Shown here piece by piece: positions 52,785 to 64,000 of a DNA stretch of 64,000 nt. The stretch covers positions 1,756,405 through 1,820,404 of the forward strand of contig JAKMXF010000222.1 in assembly GCA_024704765.1 (NCBI GenBank), written 5' to 3'. The notes beneath the pieces were generated by a model. That model was given only the letters and a program-made list of their open reading frames with translations. It made no database searches and was not told the DNA's origin. Numbering within the stretch: position 1 is the stretch's first letter; each line of letters begins with the position of its first letter. Both the position numbers and the translations under genes were made by a program. Origin of the DNA: Oopsacas minuta. Lineage: Eukaryota; Animalia; Porifera.

Positions 52785-52927
52785 TCTTACTAACTAAATA
52801 TCAATAATAAGGTTAGTCAACTTAAACGAGAGGTATCAAATAAACAACGATGGATAGTGATCATCCAAAATTTATTAGTGATGAGTAATAACCTTAATAT
52901 TATTACACTTTTCTAGGTTATACAGTA

Positions 52928-53096
52928 CAGTGGAACCTCCAGAAACGAGGCATCCCTAAGAGGAGAATCTCATAAAAAGCAGACGTGAAATAGGCTTCAA
53001 ATACATCAAAATCTATGCAAACGAACCTCTGAAAGCGAGGCGAAAAGTGATGGACCAAATCTTGGCCCAATCTCCACGCTTCTGGAGGTTCGACTG
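52928..53096. mobile_element. pogo-type MITE (169 bp)
   Basis: TA|CAGTGGAACCTCCAGAA ... TTCTGGAGGTTCGACTG|TA. Confidence 0.85.
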
Positions 53097-53227
53097 TACT
53101 GATATGTTTAATCCGCCAGCACTATATCGCAATGTTCTGAAAATACTAAGAAAGTATTAACAGTTGTGATGATAGAAACCAAAATTGCCAAAATTATATT
53201 TCATAACCCATGACATAATTGTAAGTA

Positions 53228-56200
53228 TTACTTCTCTAGTTCCTCTATCTTCTGATACAAGTCCCATATTTGGTCAGTTAATCGCTCCTTCTCTTGAGAG
53301 TAGGAGTCTCCTAACCGTGTGTAGAGGCCAGTGAGTACTGTCAACACATCAAGTTGTTTCTTGATAGCTCCACAATCTGTGAACTCTGTTAGACAAATAT
53401 TGAGAAGATCGAATATCTCTTCAGAGTTATTTTCATTGAGTTTATCAGTCCCCATCATGAGAGCCTGAGCTAGTGTTAAGTGAGCAGAAGCCCTCAACAG
53501 AACACTACCACACTCCACTATCTCTAATAGCTTAGCTCGCAAGAGTCTGAGAGCAAATTTAGGTTTATCGAGGAGTAGGAAGCATTGAGCTTGTTGTACA
53601 TGCACAGCAGATGAGTAATGAGTAGCCTTAGCAGCATCCGATAGAGATAGACATTGAGTGAGAGGAGTAGTAGCCATAGCAGGACAGGAACTCTGGAGAG
53701 CACATTGAGCAATGTCTAGTAGGTATCGCATATGTGCATGAGTTTTCATCCTACAATCAAACATGAACAATGAATTTCAATTGTTAATTAGGTACACGAG
53801 CTAGAATATTTGTTCTGATGCTTAAGCAGTAAAATTCCTATGAATGCGTCAATCGAGAATTTTTGCTAATATTTGTACAATTTCATACTCCAATGTAAGC
53901 AGGAATATTTCGATGTATCGATCAGTGTTCGATATAACGGGAGTAGTGTTTCACACACTATATACCGTAGCTATATGTTGTGTTAGGGAGGAATTTTTAT
54001 ATTATGGACGCATTTCACAGCCTCCATTGACCTCAAAGGGATTCTCATAATATAGTAGTCAATGGTTGGGGTGCGGAGAAATTGATAGGACCACGTGAAG
54101 CAAAAAGGTTGGGAATAACTGCTATAAAATATGTCCTGTCTCACTTCTTAGTGTCAGACATCTGAGTAAGCTGCTCATAAGCCTCTTCTGAATTAGCTCT
54201 CAACAACAGAAGTTCTGCTTCCTTCAGTTTACCTAGTATATAACTGAATGGAGAGAGTAGAATAGTCAGTCTCTCTGCCTCTTTCAGCTCTGCAGTAAGC
54301 ATACACTTCTCTATCTCAATGTCTAGCGAGGCTTCAGATGTCTGAGCGTATAGCCATGTGTTCAGGGGACAATCCGTACGTAGCTTGTCAATCAGTGACA
54401 GAGCCTGTCAAATAATAACAGTTCAAATTCAATTAGATGTATGTAAGAGTATCATGACAACGATACTAACCGAATGGTATGCACCTCGTGAACAGAGCAT
54501 CTTAGCAATAAATATTACAGCATTACATGCCCGGGCCTTTTCGTGTCCTGGTAGACATTCCCAGGTAACTCTTTCCCCTTCAAGCGAGCTCAATACCAGC
54601 TGACTGGATAGACAAGTCATGTCCACTTTACCAAACTTGTCCCAGAACAAACACTTCATAGTTGTGGCTTTTGGTAGCTCAGAAGTCCAGGTGACAAGTT
54701 TACTAGCACTCTGACCATCTTTCCACTCAGCAGCACACTTGTGAACTCTTGAAGTAAGAAGTGTGTCTAAGTAGTAGTTTCCATCCTGTATGTCATCTGC
54801 TGGTTGATTGCTCAGTTTTGAATACACCTGTTTTTTTCAATAAGAAATAAATAGTTGACTATAATGTTAATGAATTTAGGTCAGAAAATATAACAAGTGT
54901 TAAACTGAAATACGTCTTATCCCTGGTTCATACTACCCGAGTTCTATTGATTTCACCTTTCATTTTGTGATATATACAATAAGTAGGTAGTGACCTACCT
55001 TACCTTGAGCCAGTCAGCACTAACTCTAGACACCTCCCTCAGACCGAGCTCATGAGACAAACGGATAGCCTCCTTCAGGAATCTGTAAGCCATCTTGTTG
55101 AATCCATATCTGTGGTAGAGATGAGCCATCATTAGAGAGGTGTGACAGATGTCAGCCGTTGTGTGGAGAGTAGGAGGATCGTCTTGAGGAGATAACTCCA
55201 GAAGATTAACCTTATTCTCCACCACACCCTTAGAATATATCTCTTTTACTCCAGCATAGAAGTCACCAGAGTCCATGAAGCTAGGAGGGGAAGGAGGGGG
55301 GAGGAGAGAGTGATCAGGTTGCATGGCATCATCATGTGACGCGAATACTGTGTCTATCTGAATTCTAAGTTAGCCTGTGTTACATATTAGCAGAACTATC
55401 ACATATATAAGGCCACAGTTAATGAGAAACTTGTTTCAGTTCCACATAACATCCACCTGAGCATACGAGCGGCGGTATTTCATCATCATTATCTGATTAT
55501 TTTGTGATGTAGCAACTTTGGATAATTCATAAAATATCATAATAACTAAAGTCAAATATAGTAATATATGAGAATATACTGATAGATGAAAAAAAATTCA
55601 CTTCTATTGAAATTGACAATATTTGTGTGGCAGTCAAATCAGATGCGGCAGGTGGAGCTGAAACAAGTTTCCTACTAAAAGTGTCCTTATAGTAAAGTAT
55701 ATATATAACATACTTGAACTGGTTGTATAGTTCAGTCAACTGATGGAATTTGAGGTTCTTGAACTGTAATACAGATCTACGTAGAAACAGTCCGAATATA
55801 GATTCTTGTGAAATAGGTACTGCTAGAGGTAGACTAGCAGATCTGGAAGATATAAGAGTCTCAGCCTCTGTGAAGAACTCCATCAAATCAGAAAGTTGAC
55901 CAATCGTTAACTTGATCAGCTGTTCTTTGAGCTGAACTATGACGTCATCTAGATCTAGTCCTGTTACAAACCTGAGTGTGTAGAGAGATATAAATATTAC
56001 TAGATAATATTACTGTAAACACTCGCTAATCCGAACAGGGCCTGAAGGTTGTACAACTTTGGAGGATATTCTAAAATTTCAAAAGACTTAATTATATTCC
56101 ATTCTACCTCGGACAAATACATAATACAGTAAACTCTCGTTATACCGGAGTGATTTTTACCCGCAATAGCTGAAAGTAATTGAATATACTCGCGTACAAA

Positions 56201-56670
56201 GAATAGAAACCTGGTCACGAGTACTTCGTTATAACGAGAGTTTACTGTGCTTTATTACACATTTTGATAGCCTTTTCATCGTTGGTACAACTTTCGAAAA
56301 ATGTACTCCTAGATCCTATAGTATTGTATCAATGGAGTACTAATCAGAACGAATAAATTTGCAATTAGAACAATAGTACTGTTCGGATCAATGAGGGTCT
56401 ACTGTACAGTGTAAATATATTAGAATAGTATCAGTACCTGCTCCATACATGACATGCTGTTACTTCACGTCCTGGATCAGTGAGAAAGAGAATCTTCAAA
56501 AGAGCTCTGTTCAATTGGTTGAATACAGGAGGATTGGAGTTAGAATACTCGTATGAGAAAGCTATTAGAAACACTAAGATGACGTCACGAGGCAGAAGCT
56601 CTGGACCTACACTCCCATCAAGATATCGATTAGTCTTTGTCTTGTTGCGTTTAGGTAATTCCGGTAACAT
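53228..56670 (-). CDS. ANAPC5: Anaphase-promoting complex subunit 5 (divergent, ~663 aa)
   Basis: Exons 56670-56438, 55971-55714, 55364-55004, 54827-54471, 54404-54145 and 53750-53228 sum to 1992 nt in frame. Motifs LMEFF..., ESIFGLFLRRSVLQFKNLKFHQLTELY and HTSLMMAHLYHRYGFNKMAYRFLKEAIRLSHE (Apc5 repeat), with a TPR-like C-terminus. The exon 3 acceptor is the least certain. Confidence 0.8.
56127..56247. mobile_element. pogo-type MITE in ANAPC5 intron 1
   Basis: TA|CAGTAAACTCTCGTTATA ... TATAACGAGAGTTTACTG. Confidence 0.8.
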
Positions 56671-56811
56671 AATATCACTGGTGTTAACTAACTGATATGC
56701 TAAGTATATATAGTTTCAATAAAAATAACTTATAGGTCTGCAATGTGTTTCAATGAAAATTACTTCGGTTAATCTGTCCGTGTCAGGAGTAAGATTTAGT
56801 TGGTTCTTTGG

Positions 56812-56853
56812 TAAATTTCGTAATTTATACGTACGTATAAATTACGAAATTTA
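56812..56853. repeat. Perfect 42-bp palindrome
   Basis: TAAATTTCGTAATTTATACGTACGTATAAATTACGAAATTTA equals its own reverse complement. Confidence 0.97.
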
Positions 56854-57016
56854 TTGTAGTTGCTGAGTACAGACAGTTTGTATTGGAATTTAACAGAAGT
56901 GAGATTCAAGCAAAGTGAAATTTACAACACACCTGGGACTAAGATATACATTAAGTGACATTCTAGCTGGCCTGATAAAGTACAGTATTTTAAGTGGTAA
57001 CATATTTGTTGTCTTG

Positions 57017-60000
57017 TTATTTAGCTTGTTTTGCTTTAGATCTTGCTCTAGTAACTACGTTACGAGCATTCTGCTGGTTAGTAACATTAGGTTTAACAGC
57101 TCTAGATTCATTCTGTTTAGTAGTTCGAGTAGATTGAATTGTTTTAGGAGGAGAAACATCAAACTCTAGCATTACATTAGGAATAGTGTCTTTTGGAATG
57201 TTAGATTCGTCATTGGGGGATTTGTCAATAATAGGCGCATAAGGACCACTCCCTAGGGAGTCTGTAGCCATGTTAATGGTAGTAGATCTAGTGACGTCAC
57301 TCTGTTCAGGAGATGAATCTTCATCTGGTTCCGGAGTTCGAGTTATACGAGGTCTGGAAACGAATACTTCCTTGTATTCATGCATAACTTCCCTACTGAT
57401 CTGTCCATCTAGCTTCTTGATAGCTTTGACGGAGGGCTGTGGGTCGAACTTGCTACCAGGACTGAGTGAGTTATTAAGAGAAATAGAGGTAGATAACTGG
57501 TTAGACCTGATAACAGATTTCCTCAGATTTTCAGGTGTAGATGAGCTAGACTGATTCATACTCTTATCTCCTGTTAAGCTAGCTCCTACACCTTTATCTG
57601 CACCAATAGACGGATCACTCTGAGATTTGGGGGGCTGGGTTGAGCGGCTATGTGTCTGTTTGTTAGCAGAGTGGGGTCTGCGAGCAGAGGTTGCTCCCGC
57701 TTTCTGTTTGGACTTTACGAGAGTGGAGTCGCTAGCAGATGGACGAGGTTTTGAGCTCTCAACAGGAAATGAGATTGGGTTGTTTTGTTTATGAGCAAAA
57801 CTCCTGGGGGTGATTGGTCTGGAGAGAGGGTTATCGCTGAGAAAGGAGACCTGATTACGCTTGCTAGTAGGACGGATAAGTTCCTGCCTTTGAGTGTAAT
57901 TAGAGGCATATAAATACTTGTGACAGAGCAGCTCCTCTCCATGCAACTCGTGAGAACTTGGACGTAAGAAATCCTCCAAGTCACCTTCAATCGGTTCAGT
58001 GGGATCATCTGTGTCCTCCTCATCCTCTTCATCATCTGATTCAGTATCCAAAGTACTTGTAGCAGCTGGAGATTCCAGTTGTTGGAGAACAAATTCTATC
58101 TGGCGCCTGATTTCATTTGAACTGCTCTTCCGCACACACTCCAGCAGCTCCTGCAGTCCCATGCTAACCGCGTCATCACGTACCTTCCCAATAGATAGTA
58201 TGCTAGAGAAATTAATATGCAGTTTAGAATTTAATTTAACACTAACGTATGGGTGGATTCAAATACTACGTACCAAATTTCCCAGAAAACTTATTGTAAT
58301 AATAACAACAGAGTCGAAATAAAAATAATAATGCACTCAAATAGGGTAAGCAAGGATAATTATTAAAACAAGCAGCCCATCAAGCCGCTTCGCTTGATTG
58401 CACATTAGAGAGCACATCATGTCTGCCTAAGGCGCCCTTTAAGCACCCTAAAACCAATTGCAAAGTATTTTAATAAAAAGTAGAGTGTGCATGCTCAGTA
58501 ATTCAGATCAAGGCGAGTGTAGATGCTGGTATGCAGTATTATTGCATTAACAATTTAGTTGTACCATAATTGTTTTTTGCAAATCAGTTGATCTATTTTG
58601 CTTTTTGTCCGGTATTCATCAAAAATTTGGTGAAAAATATAATTTGATCATGACTAGAGATCTGAAAACTTTGATTTGAGTAATTTATGGGTGGTTTTAT
58701 GTCGGCTAATAATACATCTTGTTAACAATTGCGTAGCGTTTCGAAGATATTAGTGAAAATTGTTTCAACAGGTTTATATTCATATCTGACTATGGACGAC
58801 CTAACCACATTCACTAATATCTTCTAAACGGTACACGATTGGTCATCAAAATGTATTATTAGCAGACATAAAACCACGCTCAACAACTCAAATCCTAGTA
58901 ATCAGATCTCTAATCATGATCAGACTATATTTTCAAATTTCAACCAAATTGGGATGAATACCGGTGTATAGGGAATCCTGTTCCCTCATATTTATGTCCC
59001 TCCGAACATTATTCCCTAGTGAATGATGTTTAGGGAAACAGGATTCCCTACGGAATACTGTACGGAATACTTGTTCTCGTTTCCTTGACCCGCGTACGTG
59101 TTGCTAAGTGTGTTTCTAACTCAATATTTTGGTGATTGAATTGGATTTTGATTGGATTATCTAACTAGATAGCATTTAGCCGAGAATATGAGCATTTCTA
59201 ACGCACTATTTGGATAGCCTGTGTGGATTTTCATTGGATTATCGTTGGATCTTGGCCGTGCGAGGTAGCTGGAAGTTTTCTTGGCCCGCGTACGTGTTGC
59301 TAAGTTTCCAAAGGGAAACACTGCGTTTCCTAAGGAATGATGTTTCCCTAAACATCATTCACTAGTCAATAATGTTTGGGGAACACTATTCCCTGAATTC
59401 GGTAACGGGAACGATATCCTCCAGAGAGGAACAGGATTACCTTTGACAACGGCAAAAAGCATCTCAAAACTACACATGTATTTTCAATTAATACTGCGGT
59501 ATACCACTAAATCTTTATGGATTCCATTCAAATTTTGCATGATGAATAAATACCGTATAGACAAGATACCTGTAGCAAGTGATTTGTGTTTTCAAACAAA
59601 AGGAGCAACTGATGCACCCTAAAACGTACCCATATACTACATTTGATATTATATCTCTTACGACTATTACACAAAAAACATCAAATTTGAATCTACCGGT
59701 TGATATACCGCTACTAGTTGCTGAAATGAAATTACTACTATCTTTTGAAAAATGAAAAATGTGTGTAAATATGATTAAAATTATGAAAATATAAATTGAA
59801 AATGCCAACATACAATAACCCCTGACTGAAACGAAATTTCTAGCATTATTTTAGAATTCGAATATATGTCAGTCAACTGGTGTATAATAAATCTGTTTTA
59901 GTAATTTACCTGCTCTGAAATCTCAGAATAGGACTCTACTCACCCAATTAAACAAGAAAATCACTGATATTTAATAATAAGATTAAAGTGAAGTGTAACA

Positions 60001-62743
60001 TTTACACTTCATTGATACAATTTTCTTGGGTGACCCATATTCGGGAAATATGACACTATTATTTATTTCCATTCTCAATGGAACATATTTTTCAAATTCT
60101 AACTCAAGATCTATATTAATTCTATCTATATCATGAGTTACAAACCTGTACAAGACTCCGTTAGCATAAGAGCGTAGTTCGGCACTCTCCAGCTGAAGGA
60201 AGCGACTGAGTTGAACTAGCAGACGAGGACAGTGTGGAACACAACTAGCACGTCCCTTAGACCTCAGAGAGAGGTTCATGAGGAGAGCTAGCGTGTAGTG
60301 GAGAGAATACTCAGAGAGAGACTCACTGGACTCGAGCAAGCGTGATAGCCATGATACCACGCCCATGTTTATCATGATACTTTGAGGAGCTCTACGTAGA
60401 CTGAGCTTCTGCATTACTCCAGTCAGGTTCTGTCTGGTGGGTGTGTCATCTCGCTCTAACTGTACAGCTTTGAATACAGCCTTAAGGAGATCCCAGTTCA
60501 TTGCCAGGTAGGTACGACCTGGAGCTAGACTGCCTAGAGCATTCAAGAGGCGGGATAAGGCTTCCTTCGTGACAGAGTCAGCATAGAGAAGTGGAAGGAG
60601 ACAGGTTTGGGAGTCTAGTCTGATTCCTAGTATGTCTTCTCTGATATAAGCGTTCAGGACAGCGTCTCTCTGTTCTCCAGGCAGAGAGCTAGAGAATATG
60701 AAACTTATTATGAGTACATTTGAACCTCGCAGAATATCTATCAATATATCAGGGGTGACCAACCTGTGGCTCATGGCACCTCTCAATACGGCCCTCGGAG
60801 CCTCAAAAATGATAATTACTAATATAAATTACAGTCAAGGCAGCTTAATATGAAGTCTCTTCATTTCAGTACCCTCTAGGTGGTGATAGCTCGATAGTAA
60901 CTAAAATATTCTTCTACAAAGTTTTGGATACTTCAGGCCAGCTGAATTATTCAATACTCAAATGTGGCCCAAATGTGTAAAAGGATGGCTAACCATGCAT
61001 TATATGAACATCCACGGAGAATTTGTTCCCTTTTTAGGGAGTAATACCAATTAGTAGGTGTCTAGGGAACTGATTCTGATTATATATTAGTTCGTCTTAA
61101 CCGGGAATCGGTATTCCGCGTGTTTTTATCAACAGGTTCTATTGTATGCATATTAATACATGACTTACTGAGTGAGTCTGGTTCTGAGAGCCTGTAGAAG
61201 CAAGGGAATCTCCCGACCTTCTAGAGTGCAGAGATCAGATTTTACCCGCTGCAGGTCTAGAGAGGGGTAGAGAGGAATATTCTGAGATATCCCAGCATCC
61301 AATCGGTCAGAATGTGAGGCTATTGAGGCACGCAAGAGTGAGGCTCCTGAATTGGAGTCCTGAGAAGGGACAGATTTAGCTGAGACTCCGAATAGTCTTC
61401 TACACATGGAAGAGATATACTCCTCACTAATAGGTCTACCGTGTAAACTATCTTCCAATGCTTCTACTAGCTGCATAGCCAAGTCTATCAGAGTTTGATA
61501 GCTCTCCTGTAGAGACTTGTAGCGTTTTATGTAGCTAACCTGCTCACGTTTATACTCACTTCTCATTTGTTCTATTTCCTCGCGGTTATTGTCACCTCCC
61601 TCTGACAGGATAGAATCATTGCCTAAGATATATCACGTATAACTTGTGTATTAGTACACTCTCAGTTATCTAAACACATTTGTATTATAATATCAAGTTG
61701 ATGTACTGATAACTGAAATAGTGGAATTTGATATATGAAATTCACTGCTCAGCTAATACGAAAATGATGATTAGTAATTTGTAATATTTGACTGCATATT
61801 TATACCAATATGCAAGGCCGTAGGAATCGGAAGGTAATTGTCTGACTACTTTTTGACTTGGCCTGTGCTACTACTCTATGGGGCAGGCCTGACAAATTTC
61901 CGATTTCCTAACCACTTTTAATTTGCTCTAGTCAGGGCCTGGTATGGACCAAAATACCACATTACCCAAAACTAATACTAAAGTAGTCTGGAGCTCCTTC
62001 TGAGATGAAAATCAATAATTTCTGCAACACTAAATGTTGTTCGGATAACCTGTGCAGGATAATCGAATGTTACTAGTAATCAGTAATGTATACTCACCAG
62101 TATATCCCTGGTATATCTTGACTAGTTGAGGTTCTGTAGATATCTGTATATTCTCCTGAAGAAACGTCTCCATATCTGCTCTGAGAGATTGGAGCCAAGA
62201 AGGTCTGAATAGATCCTGGAAGCTGGGATGACTCCTAACCTCTTTCAAGTAGGGTAGAGCATAGAATGGGAACATATCATCTTCTAGTGCTAGCTGTGAA
62301 CTACGCTCATTCAGATACTCCTTGAATACTTCTTTAGCCTGTATAACCTCTTTAGAATCAGTTGCATGATTTAGTCTAATGGGAATAACAGCAAAGTGTA
62401 GATTAGATTGGAACTCCAGTCTAAGTCCGAGCTTGCTCTCTCTAGCAGCTGTTGATACATTATTATTCCATAAGTGTAGAAATTCATCTCTGTCTCCTCT
62501 GTCGAAAGAGTCTACAAGACTGTTTAGAGTGAATGACTTGTGTAGAATAGCATCTTGATATATCGTAGATTTTCTGCCTGGAGTCTTGTTCATAGTTATA
62601 CCTTTATTCTTCATTTCAGACTCTAGCCCACCCAGAGATTGAGGAAATCCTCTGAGGAAGAAGTACTCACATACTAGTGAGAGCAGCTCTACCTCTGAAG
62701 CAGGGGGTCTAGCATTCCTGACAGACCCGGAGATGTCTGACAT
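57017..62743 (-). CDS. ARMC9: LisH domain- and armadillo repeat-containing protein 9 (ciliary)
   Basis: Exons 62743-62098, 61622-61169, 60688-60146 and 58202-57017. N-terminal LisH (EVELLSLVCEYF); FPFYALPY...HPSFQDLF; LLQALRTRLT|HSLPGEQRDAVLNAYI; YANGVLYS|ILS...EIRRQIEFVLQQL...ESDDEEDEED, all matching ARMC9. Confidence 0.93.
58609..58964. mobile_element. Foldback element with ~150-bp imperfect arms
   Basis: CCGGTATTCATC ... GATGAATACCGG. Arms align along GATCATGA.TAGAGATCTGA, GTGGTTTTATGTC.GCTAATAATACAT and GAAGATATTAGTGAA. Confidence 0.85.
58970..59442. mobile_element. TIR element with nested subterminal inverted and internal direct repeats
   Basis: AGGGAATCCTGTTCC / GGAACAGGATTACCT termini. 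Perfect 25-bp IR at 59016-59040 / 59341-59365 and a 21-bp direct repeat at 59089 and 59285. Confidence 0.8.
60750..60997. mobile_element. hAT (Charlie-like) MITE in an ARMC9 intron
   Basis: CAGGGGTGACCAACCT ... AGGATGGCTAACCATG; TSD CAATATAT / CATTATAT (7/8). Confidence 0.75.
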
Positions 62744-62814
62744 TATCTATCTGTAGTAACGTACATGATAGAATTAAAGAAAAGAAAATATCCATAAATG
62801 ATAATACTTCGTTG

Positions 62815-64000
62815 ACGGAAAGATGGTCGCGGGGAAAATCGATCGCGGAAATCATAGTGTTAAAGATAAATTGGTCTTATATTCGTCTCGTTGTTATTAT
62901 TATGTCACTTTTGTTTAACTTCGTTATTATCTCAACGACCGCATATTTAGTTTAGACACCATACCATCTGGTTATTAAAGGAAAATATAACGGGCTTTTG
63001 TAGTTAGAATTCACATTTTTCATATTAACTTTACCTTACTTCGATTCCATTTATGGCGTCTGAATTGATTATTGAACGGATCAAGAGCAACAAAATAAAC
63101 ATAAAGCTTCCCTAATGGGTTACATTTATACCTTAAACCGAGTATGTGATGATCTTTCATTTTGGGTATGTGAAAAACGTGGTACTTGCAAAGCAAGAAT
63201 ACATACGAGGAATGATTTTATGGCCAAGCCTATGGTAGTATCTGAAATTCAACAAGCTCATACACATACGCCCTCACATGAACGTGTACAGATGCTAAAG
63301 GATTATACAAAAATGAAAGCGATAGCATCTAATTCTGAGCAAAGTACTAGAGGTATATTAGCCACAGGTATAGGAGAAATGAATCCATGTACTGTAAACA
63401 AATTGCCCAAATTAGAGTCTGTGAAGCGAACAATTCGAAATTACAAAAGCATAGGTATTGAAAACTGAGGCAATCCAGCTTGTACAGCTGAAAATGTCAT
63501 CCCTGAAAGGTACACAAAATTTTTGAAGGGCGAACCTTTTTTACTGTATGAGTCAGGGTTGGGGATGAGAAAAGGATCATTATATATGGCACACTTAAAT
63601 TTATTGATTTACTAAAAAATTGCGACAGCTGGTTTTGCGACGGAACATTAAGTGTCGTTCCAGCTATGTTTACACAACTATATACTATCCATGCAGAAAA
63701 AGATTGAGTAATTTTCCCTTGCACTTATGCACTGCTTCCAAATAAAACCGAAGAAATTTATGACAGACTGTTTAAGAACTTATTAGAAATAGAGCCATCT
63801 TTAAACCCTTGTACGATTATGATCGATTTTGAAAAGGCCGCACTTAATGCACTTGAGGAGAATTTTATTTCTTTATCACGGGATGCTTTTTTCACCTCTC
63901 GCAAAATATATTCAGACACGTTCAAGAACAAGGATTGGTTGTACGATATCACGAGGATAATGATTTCGCTATTAGAATTAGGATGCTTGCTAGTTTGGCG
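62815..64000 (+). mobile_element. Mutator-like (MULE) transposon, left end plus decayed FLYWCH-MULE transposase (from 63053, runs off the window)
   Basis: FLYWCH-like YTLN...FWVCEKRGTCKARIHT...HTH. MULE core WFCDGT, QLYTIH, PCTYALLPNKT, IMIDFEKAALNA and GCFFHLSQ. Two in-frame TGA stops (one at 63466) and at least three frameshifts. GC-rich repeated GAAA...TCGC units at the left end. Confidence 0.9.

Noticed and set aside
57270-58322. Overlapping ORFs on other frames and strand of the last ARMC9 exon
   Set aside because: These are shadows of a low-complexity coding exon.

Overview
AT-rich, intron-containing animal genomic DNA with short GT-AG introns. It resembles a glass-sponge genome such as Oopsacas, but that is inference from gene style and one protein family, not tested. 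Genes reconstructed by hand from splice sites: a BBX/Capicua-type HMG-box factor (+), then seven consecutive minus-strand genes. These are an ERG/FLI-like ETS factor, an ETS1/2 factor with a PNT domain, KANSL1, COPB1, a single-exon SRCR membrane protein with a poly-Cys juxtamembrane block, ANAPC5 and ARMC9. A decayed MULE transposon runs off the right end. Non-coding space holds many mini-Helitrons, hAT/pogo/Harbinger MITEs, foldback elements and decayed mariner, Gypsy and hAT transposase/pol relics. No CRISPR array, rRNA or tRNA was seen. Best leads: the adjacent ETS1-like/ERG-like pair, the compact co-directional gene run, the SRCR poly-Cys receptor, an antisense ORF nested in a COPB1 intron, and a modular mini-Helitron family.
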